Below, piece by piece: positions 40,548 to 49,917 of a stretch of 64,000 bases of DNA; the first letter of the stretch is position 1, and each line of letters opens with the position of its first letter. The notes beneath the pieces were generated by a model that searched no databases, was not told where the DNA came from, and saw only the letters and a program-made list of their open reading frames with translations. The position numbers were made by a program, and so were the translations under genes. The stretch is from assembly GCA_041178425.1 (NCBI GenBank), contig JBEGVH010000030.1:192001-256000 (forward strand). Reading direction: 5' to 3'. The stretch comes from Pseudomonadota bacterium (GTDB lineage Bacteria; Bdellovibrionota; Bdellovibrionia; Bdellovibrionales; Bdellovibrionaceae).

Positions 40548-42281
40548 ATGTTAACGGAATTGAAAGTCAGCCAATTTGCGATCATCGAAAATTTGCACGT
40601 TCAATTCCGTCAAGGCCTCAACATTATCAGCGGAGAAACGGGCGCCGGAAAGTCTGTGCTGCTCCGCTCGCTTTCGCTTCTGATGGGAGCCAAGGCTTCG
40701 AGTGAATACATTCGGACTGGCTCTCATCAGGCGCAAATTGAAGGTCGGTTTGATCTTTCCCATCGACCCGACATCCTTGGTCAACTTGAAAAGATGGATA
40801 TTTCGAGCCAAGACCAAGAATTGATTGTTCGTCGAATCATCGGCCCTGGGGATAAAAATAAGGTGTATCTCAATGGCACATTGAGCACGGTCGGTATTCT
40901 GCGTGATATTGTTGCTCCACTGATTGAAGTCGCCGGTAAAAATGCTCCTCTCATTGAATTAACAGGTCAGCACGAAAACAAAAATCTACTTTCAAAAAGC
41001 TATCACCTGGATCTTCTCGATCAGTTTGCGCAGTCGTGGTCACTCCGAACAGAATACGAAAACTTGTGGGAGGAATCGCAGGCTCTTTCAGAAGAAATAA
41101 AAAATCTCGAGCAACGGGAGCAAACAGGGCAACAGCGTCTCGACTTTCTTATTTTTCAAAGAGATGAAATTAAGCAGCTTCCCCTAAAGCCCGGTGAAGA
41201 AATAGAACTTGAAAGCAAAGTTAAGCGCATCAAAAATCGCCAAAGATTAGCACACTTTTATGCATCTGCTATTTCGGCCATCGATGAAGAGGGTGATGCT
41301 GTTGTTCCTCGTTTACAAAAAATTCTACAAAGAGGCGCTGAACTCGCTTCTATGGATCCAAAGATCCAAGAAAAGCTTCAAATTATCGAACAATCCCTCA
41401 CCTTGGTTCAAGACTGTGCCTATGAACTTCAGCGCTCATTAGACGAACTCAACAACGACGAAGATGATGCCGAAAAACTAGAATCGCAATTGAGTCAGTG
41501 GCGGAAACTTCAAAAAAAATATGGCACAAACTTCGATGATATCCAAGCGGCCCTAGCAAAGATAGAGCGTGAGATCTCTGAGATTCAAAATGCGGAAATT
41601 CTAATTCAAGAGCTCACCAAGAAAAGACGAACAGTCGAAACTTCTCTTTTAACCGTTGGAAAAAAACTCCATAGTGCCAGAGAAAAAGCGTCGCGCGACT
41701 TGGCCCGTAAAGTGAACGAGCATCTTAAGGACCTCAACATGAAAGGGGTTGTTTTCGATATTAATATCGACACCCTCACCGAACCGCAAAGCACAGGACT
41801 TTCTGATGTGGAATTTTTAAGTCAGACTTCTCCGCAAGATCCGGCTCGCCCCCTCTCCAAGGTGGCCTCTGGGGGTGAGTTGAGTCGTATTTTACTATCC
41901 CTCAAATGTGTTTTGGGAGCCTCCGCCTTTCCGCGAACTTACTTGTTTGATGAAGTAGATACAGGAGTCAGTGGTAATACGGCTGACAAGGTGGCGCGTA
42001 AACTTCAACAGATCAGCCGCGGACAACAAGTTATTTGTGTGACTCATTTACCTCAGGTTGCAGCTCTGGGAGAACATCACTATTCAATTCAAAAAGCCCC
42101 CACGGGAAAGAGTGTCCATATGGATGTCCAGGTTCTTGAGGGCTCAGAGCGGATCAGAGAAATTGCCCGACTCATCTCTGGAGAAACGATTACTCAAACG
42201 AGTTTGGCGCATGCCAAGGAACTTTTGGAGATCCCTTCACAATCCACCAAAAAAGGTTCCAATCGACGCTCGACCGTGTAA
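40548..42281 (+). CDS. recN: DNA repair protein RecN
   Basis: GETGAGKS, SGGELSR, FDEVDTG, VTHLPQVAA. Confidence 0.96.
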   Translation: MLTELKVSQFAIIENLHVQFRQGLNIISGETGAGKSVLLRSLSLLMGAKASSEYIRTGSHQAQIEGRFDLSHRPDILGQLEKMDISSQDQELIVRRIIGPGDKNKVYLNGTLSTVGILRDIVAPLIEVAGKNAPLIELTGQHENKNLLSKSYHLDLLDQFAQSWSLRTEYENLWEESQALSEEIKNLEQREQTGQQRLDFLIFQRDEIKQLPLKPGEEIELESKVKRIKNRQRLAHFYASAISAIDEEGDAVVPRLQKILQRGAELASMDPKIQEKLQIIEQSLTLVQDCAYELQRSLDELNNDEDDAEKLESQLSQWRKLQKKYGTNFDDIQAALAKIEREISEIQNAEILIQELTKKRRTVETSLLTVGKKLHSAREKASRDLARKVNEHLKDLNMKGVVFDINIDTLTEPQSTGLSDVEFLSQTSPQDPARPLSKVASGGELSRILLSLKCVLGASAFPRTYLFDEVDTGVSGNTADKVARKLQQISRGQQVICVTHLPQVAALGEHHYSIQKAPTGKSVHMDVQVLEGSERIREIARLISGETITQTSLAHAKELLEIPSQSTKKGSNRRSTV

Positions 42282-42440
42282 AATTTTTCATAATCGGGGT
42301 TCTTTAGGCTTCAGACACTGCCTATTTTTGTCACCATACCATGAAATAAATTGAAAATAAAAAGGCTCTCTGTCAAACAAGCGGTTGATGAGAGCCAACG
42401 GCCTCGCACCCTAATATTTTTTACCCTATCGGAGACCCAA

Positions 42441-43631
42441 ATGAAAAAACTACTCGCCGCTCTGTTATTCTCGAGTTTATTTTCACCCGTTGCTCACGGT
42501 GCCTACTTCACGGCCTACCTTCAGGGCACAAAACAATCTCATAGTGCTCCAACCCACATTATTGTTGCGGGAGTGGGAATGGAACTTGGTATGAGTCTCC
42601 AGTGGGCCGCCGTTTCCAAAGCAAAACGCTACAAAGATCTTTATCCCAACCACCAAGTATTTTTAATTGCCCACAGAGAAGATACGGTTAACGACAACCC
42701 AGTTAATAACTTCAACAAGCTTCCGGCTTGGGGTTTTAGACTCGAAAAATCATTCGATAAACTCTTTACTCAAAAAGGTTTGATCGATCAAATGGCGCAA
42801 TTTTCTCAAATCGCCTCCATTGACCTCTTCACTCATAACTCTCCTCACTACGGTGCGCAGCTCGAGAGTAAATACTACCGAATGACTCCTGAGAGCTCCG
42901 AAAACAACCGACTCGTTGGTCACTTTATGGACGATGCCTATGCTATTCTTCACGGATGCAACACAGGTTTTATTGTAGCTCCCGCTCTATCTAAAACTTG
43001 GGGAATTCCCGTGGCTGGAACTCTGGCCTCCACTGGTTTTGAATACCTTCACAAAGATGGTCAGTTCTACTTCAGTGGGGATGGCCGCGGAAGAGCTGGT
43101 CGCAATGACGTTTCATTTTCTGAGCCCATCAACTGTGAAAATGGCGCATGCTCGCGAATGAAGCCTGCCAATTTCACCTACGACGGAATTTGGGGTAATT
43201 TTGAAGGCGGTGGTCTAAATTTCTTCAAATTTTTCTGTGTCAAAAATAACTCTTCAAGCTGCTATAGAACAATGGCTAAATCACTCATTAGCTCTCTCTC
43301 CATTAAAGTGATTGGTGAGCGTCCGTCTTTAGAGGAGTATAAAGAAATACTTTTTGATTTCTTATGCACAAGCAGCTCTGGAGGAAAATTTCGCTCAATG
43401 TGTCGCCAGAATCTTGAGCGCTATCATGTCTCTAAAGTAGTTGGAAAGAACGGGTTCCAAGGCCGCCAAGTGCAGTGCTCATTTAAAGAATGCTTTGCCA
43501 AAGTGGAATGTTTCTCTTTCAACGGTCAATTGGTTCACCACACTTGCAGTGTAAAAAACAATTGGAATGGCCAAGTCGACACACTTGAGCGCGAATACGA
43601 AGCTTACCTCAAGGGTTACGATCTATTGTAG
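42441..43631 (+). CDS. Secreted Cys-rich hypothetical protein, possible caspase-like fold
   Basis: Signal peptide ending AHG; SIDLFTH...AILHGCNTG. Confidence 0.6.
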   Translation: MKKLLAALLFSSLFSPVAHGAYFTAYLQGTKQSHSAPTHIIVAGVGMELGMSLQWAAVSKAKRYKDLYPNHQVFLIAHREDTVNDNPVNNFNKLPAWGFRLEKSFDKLFTQKGLIDQMAQFSQIASIDLFTHNSPHYGAQLESKYYRMTPESSENNRLVGHFMDDAYAILHGCNTGFIVAPALSKTWGIPVAGTLASTGFEYLHKDGQFYFSGDGRGRAGRNDVSFSEPINCENGACSRMKPANFTYDGIWGNFEGGGLNFFKFFCVKNNSSSCYRTMAKSLISSLSIKVIGERPSLEEYKEILFDFLCTSSSGGKFRSMCRQNLERYHVSKVVGKNGFQGRQVQCSFKECFAKVECFSFNGQLVHHTCSVKNNWNGQVDTLEREYEAYLKGYDLL

Positions 43632-43661
43632 TCGTCTCTAATGAGTAATTTAATCTTAAGT

Positions 43662-43687
43662 AAAGGGGGTACTACCCCCTTTTGTTT
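43662..43687. terminator. Terminator hairpin between convergent genes
   Basis: aaagggggta-c-taccccctttt followed by gtttt. Confidence 0.7.
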
Positions 43688-44641
43688 TTAGAGAGCATTT
43701 AGCTCTGCAATAAATTTTTTCACCTCGCCCATAAAAGCAGAAATTATCTCGGGCTTGTCAGGTTGGATATGCGCGCCCGGGAGGGTGACTAGTTTTTTAG
43801 GTTCTTTCAAATTATCAAAGAGGCCGCTTTGCGATTGCGGAGGAAAAACCGTATCGCTCTCACCGTTAACAACTAAGAACGGCCCCTTCAGGTGAGACAC
43901 ATGATTTTTTGGTTCTAAAAACCAGGTTTGCTGTCGAATAACTAACTTAGAAACCTCTAATTCATTAGAACCCATATTTTTTATTAGCTCACCACCAATA
44001 ACCTCAGCGATGTCGACACCACCATAACCAAATACCGTCGCGCGAGAGAAGTAGCCTTCTTGGTTGAGAAATCTCTGCGCCAATGGATAAAACAAAGTAC
44101 CAAAGCTCACTGTGATGACATTAATTTTTTTATTGTCGATATAGGGTTGTTGATGTAGCCACGCCAAGCCCACACTCATAAGCAGTGGAATCATTTGCAT
44201 GCGGGTCCAATCCCACTGAACTAAACCATTATTATTTTTAAACGGCCAAGGATACTGAAACCCAACATAGACGGAGTTTTCTGGATCGCCAACGAGATTG
44301 ATTGCGTCACTCCCTGTTTGAAAGCCCGTAAAGAGGACTAATGCCGAGAGTGGAGGGCGAAAAGTACTCGGAAACTTCATGACCATGGAAATCTCGGGAT
44401 AACCTTCTGCTTTGAGGCGAACAGTTTGTAAAACAAACTTTGAAGATGTCTTATTTTCGATTGCGCTCACCACAAATTTTGGTAAGCCCTCGGTGACTTT
44501 ATAAAACTGTTTAATTTTATCGAACGACTCTTCTGTCGAAGGGTCGGCAGGCATTGGCGGTACATCCAATTTTTTTCCATAAACCTTAAACCCTAAACCG
44601 CAAACCAAAACAAAAGTGCAAAAAAACTTAACTTTGCTCAT
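43688..44641 (-). CDS. Secreted alpha/beta hydrolase
   Basis: TVSFG nucleophile elbow, VVNGESD, PGAH. Confidence 0.7.
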   Translation of the reverse strand: MSKVKFFCTFVLVCGLGFKVYGKKLDVPPMPADPSTEESFDKIKQFYKVTEGLPKFVVSAIENKTSSKFVLQTVRLKAEGYPEISMVMKFPSTFRPPLSALVLFTGFQTGSDAINLVGDPENSVYVGFQYPWPFKNNNGLVQWDWTRMQMIPLLMSVGLAWLHQQPYIDNKKINVITVSFGTLFYPLAQRFLNQEGYFSRATVFGYGGVDIAEVIGGELIKNMGSNELEVSKLVIRQQTWFLEPKNHVSHLKGPFLVVNGESDTVFPPQSQSGLFDNLKEPKKLVTLPGAHIQPDKPEIISAFMGEVKKFIAELNAL

Positions 44642-44732
44642 GGGAACAGACTACCAAAACTCCCTCCCAACGAGTCTCTAAAAACATCTCCACTTTCTCT
44701 TTTTCACCACACCAGCCAAAAAAAGGCTCACC

Positions 44733-44929
44733 CCCTGTAGGCCGCACAAGCCGATGACGACGCCAACGACGATGCCAACGACGAGGACGGCACCTCCTCC
44801 GCATCATTTTTCGCTCCAGAATCGCCGTCATCGAGGCGGCGAGGAAGAGGCGCGGAGGCCTACTCCCTGTAGGCCGCACAAGCCGATGACGATGCCAACG
44901 ACGAGGACGGCGATTCTGGAGCGAAAAAT
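44733..44929. repeat. GC-rich composite repeat: direct duplication plus a perfect 24-bp inverted repeat
   Basis: Direct repeat 44733-44791 vs 44865-44911; inverted repeat 44806-44829 / 44906-44929. Confidence 0.88.
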
Positions 44930-45163
44930 AGATTTGCCCTGAGGGTGGCGTTCCCCCAGGGCGGGCTTAAGAGTCGAGGTCTGTGGGCGACGACTCAAAA
45001 AACTCTTTAAATTTCTATCAGGGAAGGTTAGAGCGTCGTCATTCTGATGTTCGCTCTCAAGATGCTTTTTCCCTATCAATTTTTTTACGCCACTCTAACC
45101 CTCGAGGTAGAAATGCTCCAAGTTAGCGCCCATGAGTAAGCACAGGTGCTTAGAGCGATCGAC

Positions 45164-45991
45164 CTAGGCAAGCAACTTCAGGGCCACCGCTGGCAACTGA
45201 TTAGCTTGGGCCAAGACAGACACGGCGGATTGCTGCAATATATTTGCAGAGGCCATTTCTGCTGACTCCCGAGCTACGTCGGTGTCGCGAATTCGAGAAT
45301 TCGCAGCACTTAAGTTCTCGTGTTGCACATCTAAGTTACTCACGGTTGCAAATAATCTATTTTGAATGGCACCAAAATTCGCTCTCATCGATCCAATTTT
45401 TACGAGAGCGTCATCGACAACTTCCAATGTATCGCGGGCTCCACCTTTGTCGGATATATCAAGATCAGAGATACCAATGGCTTTAGCTGTGGCATCTGTT
45501 GAGAGATCGTAGGAGACTCTGTTTTCGTTTCCACTAAAGGCTCCCACATGAAATTCCATTTTTCCGCCAGAACCATCGAGGAGAGTTTTTGCTCCAAATC
45601 GGGTGGTTTTAGCGATTCGATCTGATTCTTGAACGAGATGCTTTACTTCTTGATTGAGAAATCCTCGTTCGGTTTCACCAATGTTGTCGCTGGCCGCCTG
45701 GATTCCCAGTTCGCGCAAACGAATGAGGATATTACTAATCTCATTGAGGCCGCCCTCAGAGATTTGGATAGCCGATCCAGCGTTGTAGGCATTATTTCGG
45801 GCCTGACTTATCCCCCGAATCTGCCCTTTCAAGCTTTCCGAAATCGACAAACCTGCTGCATCATCGGCGGCATTAACGATTCGACTGCCCGATGACAATG
45901 CTTGAGCCGCATGTTCCGCCCGCTTCTGCTGGTTACTTAAAACCCGCTGGGCGCTAATCGACGCCATGTTAGTGTTTATTCTTAAGCCCAT
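45164..45991 (-). CDS. fliC: Flagellin
   Basis: MGLRINTN, LSSGSRIVNAADDAAGL, RANFGAIQNR, SRIRDTD. Confidence 0.95.
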   Translation of the reverse strand: MGLRINTNMASISAQRVLSNQQKRAEHAAQALSSGSRIVNAADDAAGLSISESLKGQIRGISQARNNAYNAGSAIQISEGGLNEISNILIRLRELGIQAASDNIGETERGFLNQEVKHLVQESDRIAKTTRFGAKTLLDGSGGKMEFHVGAFSGNENRVSYDLSTDATAKAIGISDLDISDKGGARDTLEVVDDALVKIGSMRANFGAIQNRLFATVSNLDVQHENLSAANSRIRDTDVARESAEMASANILQQSAVSVLAQANQLPAVALKLLA

Positions 45992-46185
45992 ATGTTGATC
46001 TCCTCCTTCAGAGATTTAGCGATACCTTGCCGACCGAGAATTCCACAGCTCTCGAGCGACAAGCGTGTTCGATGAACACAAAATTGTTTTTGTTTATGTG
46101 TTGAGAAGAGATCTTGGGATTTGCTACTCGTTGTTACTGCTGAACGAGGAGTTTTCCGTTGAGGTCTTCGTCATGCACGTATTAC

Positions 46186-46212
46186 TTCTCGGCGAAGGTC
46201 CAGGAAACTTTA
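46186..46212 (-). promoter_or_regulatory. Sigma-28 (FliA) promoter of the flagellin gene
   Basis: Minus strand reads TAAAGTTT-N11-GCCGAGAA. Confidence 0.85.
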
Positions 46213-46296
46213 GGGCCAAAGTCTAGGTTTTTTTGGGCGCAGCGCATCTTGTGATTGAAATGACTAACTTTTGAATTGAAAAATATTTTAGCCAAA

Positions 46297-46327
46297 GGTC
46301 TAGGTCTAGCTCGACTAGACCTAGACC
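46297..46327 (-). terminator. 13-bp perfect hairpin downstream of the second flagellin
   Basis: ggtctaggtctag-ctcga-ctagacctagacc. Confidence 0.5.
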
Positions 46328-46368
46328 AAGGTGGGTTGGGGCGCTACAAAAATTGATTAGAAATTATT

Positions 46369-47196
46369 CTAATCGAGCAGTCTCAGTGCTGACTGCTCCA
46401 AGATGTTAGCTTGAGAGAGAACTGCGATCTGATATTGAGTTTGAATTTTTCCTTTTGTCATTTTTGTAACGGCATCAGCAACATCGGTATCCGCCATTTT
46501 TGATCGCGCCTCTTCAATGCTGATTTCATGCGACAAGAGATGATCGACAGCATGCTGAAGTCTCGACTGAAGCGAGCCAAAAGAGGCACGAGCGACTCCT
46601 ATTTTGGAAAGTGCTTCATCAAGATCTGCGATGGCGTCAACAGCATCGTCCTTGTCGGCAAGGCCTAAGTGGTTGAGCCCCAGCGAATCAGAGGAAGTAT
46701 TGGCTTCGAGAGAATAGGAAATTTTATTTTCTTTCCCTCCGTAGGCGCCCACTTGGAATTCAAATTTTTTTCCACTACCAATGAGCAACTTGTTTGATCC
46801 GAACTGGGTGGTTTTTGATACTCGATCTACTTCACTGCTCAGTTGCTGAAACTCATCGTTGAGCATTTGGCGTTCAACATCAGACACGGTGTCACTGGCT
46901 GCTTGGATGGCCAATTCTCGCAGACGAATAATAATATTATTTTGTTCGTTAAGCCCGCCTTCGGCCACTTGAATAAGCGAAATCGCATTGTCAGCATTCA
47001 AACGTGAGGCCCTAAGGCCACTCGCTTGTCCGCGCAAATGTTCGGAAATGGAAAAACTCGCAGGATCTTCATCGGAAGTGGCCAAGCGTGAGCCCGATGC
47101 TAATTGAGCCATGGCGCGATTGGTCTCGGCCTGGCTGCCTCTCATGTATTTAATAGCCGACAAAGCAGCCATGTTAGTGCCTATGCGAAGGCCCAT
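46369..47196 (-). CDS. Divergent flagellin paralogue
   Basis: MGLRIGTN, QVAEGGLNE, RLRELAIQAASD, RASFGSLQSRL; GGAGG RBS. Confidence 0.9.
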   Translation of the reverse strand: MGLRIGTNMAALSAIKYMRGSQAETNRAMAQLASGSRLATSDEDPASFSISEHLRGQASGLRASRLNADNAISLIQVAEGGLNEQNNIIIRLRELAIQAASDTVSDVERQMLNDEFQQLSSEVDRVSKTTQFGSNKLLIGSGKKFEFQVGAYGGKENKISYSLEANTSSDSLGLNHLGLADKDDAVDAIADLDEALSKIGVARASFGSLQSRLQHAVDHLLSHEISIEEARSKMADTDVADAVTKMTKGKIQTQYQIAVLSQANILEQSALRLLD

Positions 47197-47400
47197 TGGA
47201 ATCCCTCCTACGTTGTCTGTTGCCCAACAGATCAAGGTGAGGGTCGCCCACAGAATTTAAACTCTCGTTCAGCAGTAAGGTCCATAGTATTGCTGCGCAT
47301 TGTTATTGTAAATAAGTTTTATATGCACCCCGTTAAGTAAATGAAATCTATTTGGAATTTATTTACCAAAAAGAAACAACGTCTTCACTATGCAGAAAGC

Positions 47401-47560
47401 CTCTCCCTCTTTGCGGGGTAATTAAAACAGCGATAACTTCGGGACGGCCATTCCATGGCCTCCGCCGGCGTGGCCTGCCCCGTTGGGGCAAGGCCAACAC
47501 ATCACGTTCGCCGGAGCCCGAATTTCTTCGCTGTTTTAATTACCCAACTAAGAGGGAGAG
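47401..47560. repeat. Rod-shaped palindromic intergenic element with nested hairpins
   Basis: Inverted repeats 47401-47411 / 47550-47560 and 47416-47433 / 47528-47545; inner hairpins ggcca-ttcca-tggcc and tgcccc-gtt-ggggca. Confidence 0.88.
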
Positions 47561-47586
47561 ATGCCTGCGTTTTGGCTAAACTTAGA

Positions 47587-48336
47587 TTAAGCTTCGATAA
47601 AGCTGCCGCCTTGATCATCGAGCTTATAAACGGAGGTGCGATTATTGAGCCAACTGCCAAGATTGACAGATTTAATGACTCGGTTTTCAAATTCGAACGA
47701 GTATTCATCGAGAACATGAAAGTGGCCTGTGATAACAAACTGAGAGCGATCTCGATCGGCAATCGCGCGAGCGTATTCGCGAGAAAGAAGTCGTAAATAG
47801 TCTTGTTGGTCTTGCCGTTGCACACGACTTTTTTTGGAAGAGGCTTTACTCATTTGAGTTCCAACCCAATCCCAGAACCCGCCGGGAAGAGTGTGGGCCA
47901 ACTTCTGCATAAACGGAGAGCGAATTTTCTTTCGATACTTCAAGTAAGCTTCATCGCGCAAATTGATTTCATCCCCATGAGCCATATGAACAATCCAGGG
48001 CCCCATAGGCATTGATAGAGGGCCGGTTAAAACCGTGGCGCCCATCTTTTGCTCCCAAAAAGGGGCAATATGAACATCGTGATTACCTTCAAAGTAGATA
48101 AGTTGAAGACGGTGTTTTTTGGTGAGAGACTCAATGGCCTTAATAATTGGATTCCATCGTTTCACAAAAACTTCGTGATCGCTGATCCAGAGATCAAAAA
48201 TATCACCCAAAAAACACAGATGCGTTACCGATCCTTGGGGTTGCTGCCACAACGAAAGCAAAAAGCGCAACAGCTTTTGACTGTTGCGCTCTTCCATCGA
48301 TTTTAAATGTAGATCTGAAATAAAGTAAGCCTGCAA
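47587..48336 (-). CDS. lpxH: UDP-2,3-diacylglucosamine hydrolase (metallophosphoesterase)
   Basis: FISDLHL, LGDIFDLW, EGNHD, HGD, GHFH, NLGSW. Confidence 0.8.
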   Translation of the reverse strand: MQAYFISDLHLKSMEERNSQKLLRFLLSLWQQPQGSVTHLCFLGDIFDLWISDHEVFVKRWNPIIKAIESLTKKHRLQLIYFEGNHDVHIAPFWEQKMGATVLTGPLSMPMGPWIVHMAHGDEINLRDEAYLKYRKKIRSPFMQKLAHTLPGGFWDWVGTQMSKASSKKSRVQRQDQQDYLRLLSREYARAIADRDRSQFVITGHFHVLDEYSFEFENRVIKSVNLGSWLNNRTSVYKLDDQGGSFIEA

Positions 48337-48348
48337 ATCAGTTCCCTA

Positions 48349-49902
48349 TTACTTTTTGTCGGCGTCTGCCTCGTATCCTTGTTGTTTACGACGTAAAAAA
48401 GCAGGAACCTCAAAATTCTGTGAAAAAGGATTTCTCAGTGCCTCTCGCGCCAGTCGCCGAGCTTCTTCAAGAGCCGCTTCGTCCATATTGACTCCACTGC
48501 CTTCAGTTCCGCGAGTTCTAACATCCTGAGTTTCACGAAAAGATCTCGCCTTAGCAATTAATAAATCTCTCGGAAGGCCTCCTGACTCAGTTGGCTGGGC
48601 ATTTTCCTGAATTTTTCTTTGAGCGTCAACAGGCTCGCTCGCAACAAGTGTCTCTGCGGGAGGCATCACTGGCTGGTGAGTCATCGGCTGAAGGCCTTGA
48701 GTCATCATTGGTTGGGACATCATTGGTTGAGCGATGTGTTGTTGATATGTTTGATTCGGCATCTGCGGCTGTGTTGGCATTACCTGTTGAGTCACAGGGT
48801 GAATCATTGTCTGCATCGGTTGAGACATTGGATTCATCATGGGCGCAGGGGCTGCTTGTTGTGCGTTGACAACGGGTTGTGCCGGTTGGCGATGAAGAAA
48901 GTCTTGCATTTGCTGAGCAAGATGCTGACCAGCTTCTTTTTGTTGGCTGTATTCAAAACCGGTTGCAATAACAGTAACACGAATTTCGTCGCCCAGAGTA
49001 TCATCGATAACCGCTCCAAAGATAACTTCTGCATCTTCATGGGCTGATTCGGTAATAAGCGTAGACGCTTCGTTAACTTCGTAAAGGCTAAGATCTGGTC
49101 CACCGGTCACATTGATGATAATGCCTGTGGCTCCATCAATGGAAATGTTCTCAAGAAGTGGAGAAGAGATAGCGGCTGTAGCAGCTTCAACAGCGCGATT
49201 TTCTCCGCGAGCACTTCCTGTGCCCATAAGAGCAATGCCTCGGCTAGACATTACGGTGCGGATATCAGCAAAGTCGAGGTTGATTAAACCACGAATATTA
49301 ATAAGGTCAGAAATCCCTTTAACTGCTTGAAGTAGTACTTCGTCTGCTTTTTTAAAGGTCTCAAGGAGTGGAGTTCGTTCAGAAGAAATGCTGAGTAGTT
49401 TTTGGTTAGGAATAACAATAAGTGTATCAACATTTTCTTTTAACTCTTGAAGTCCAAGATCAGCGTGTTTCTGACGCTTTTTACCTTCAAAAACAAAAGG
49501 CTTCGTTACAACACCAATAGTAAGGGCGCCAAGTTCTCGAGCGATTTTTGCAACCACAGGAGCTCCACCCGTTCCGGTTCCGCCACCCATACCAGCGGTA
49601 ACAAAAACCATGTCGGCGCCTTCAATTTTTTCAACGATATCATTATAAGATTCAATGGCCGCGCGACGACCGATGTCTGGATTAGCTCCAGCGCCGAGTC
49701 CCTTTGTGAGCTCAGAGCCTAATTGAATACGATTCTTCGCTTTATGAGCAGCAAGGGCCTGACGATCAGTATTGGCCACAATAAATTCAACGCCATTCAT
49801 ACCTGAATCGATCATTGTTGAAACGGCGTTATTACCACCGCCACCAACGCCAACAACTTTAATATTTGCACCGATATTGATATTTTCTTCTAGCTCAAAC
49901 AT
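48349..49902 (-). CDS. ftsZ: Cell division protein FtsZ
   Basis: [24 protein letters not shown]-terminal [10 protein letters not shown]. Confidence 0.98.
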   Translation of the reverse strand: MFELEENINIGANIKVVGVGGGGNNAVSTMIDSGMNGVEFIVANTDRQALAAHKAKNRIQLGSELTKGLGAGANPDIGRRAAIESYNDIVEKIEGADMVFVTAGMGGGTGTGGAPVVAKIARELGALTIGVVTKPFVFEGKKRQKHADLGLQELKENVDTLIVIPNQKLLSISSERTPLLETFKKADEVLLQAVKGISDLINIRGLINLDFADIRTVMSSRGIALMGTGSARGENRAVEAATAAISSPLLENISIDGATGIIINVTGGPDLSLYEVNEASTLITESAHEDAEVIFGAVIDDTLGDEIRVTVIATGFEYSQQKEAGQHLAQQMQDFLHRQPAQPVVNAQQAAPAPMMNPMSQPMQTMIHPVTQQVMPTQPQMPNQTYQQHIAQPMMSQPMMTQGLQPMTHQPVMPPAETLVASEPVDAQRKIQENAQPTESGGLPRDLLIAKARSFRETQDVRTRGTEGSGVNMDEAALEEARRLAREALRNPFSQNFEVPAFLRRKQQGYEADADKK

Positions 49903-49917
49903 GATCCCTCCCGAATC

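Noticed and set aside
44628..45079. Short Arg/Thr-rich ORFs, and a possible CRISPR array
   Set aside because: The ORFs are by-products of the GC-rich repeat. There are only two unequal repeat copies, no regular spacers and no cas genes.
47352..47825. Small ORFs across element 3 and antisense to lpxH
   Set aside because: No recognisable motifs or RBS; explained by the palindrome and the opposite-strand gene.
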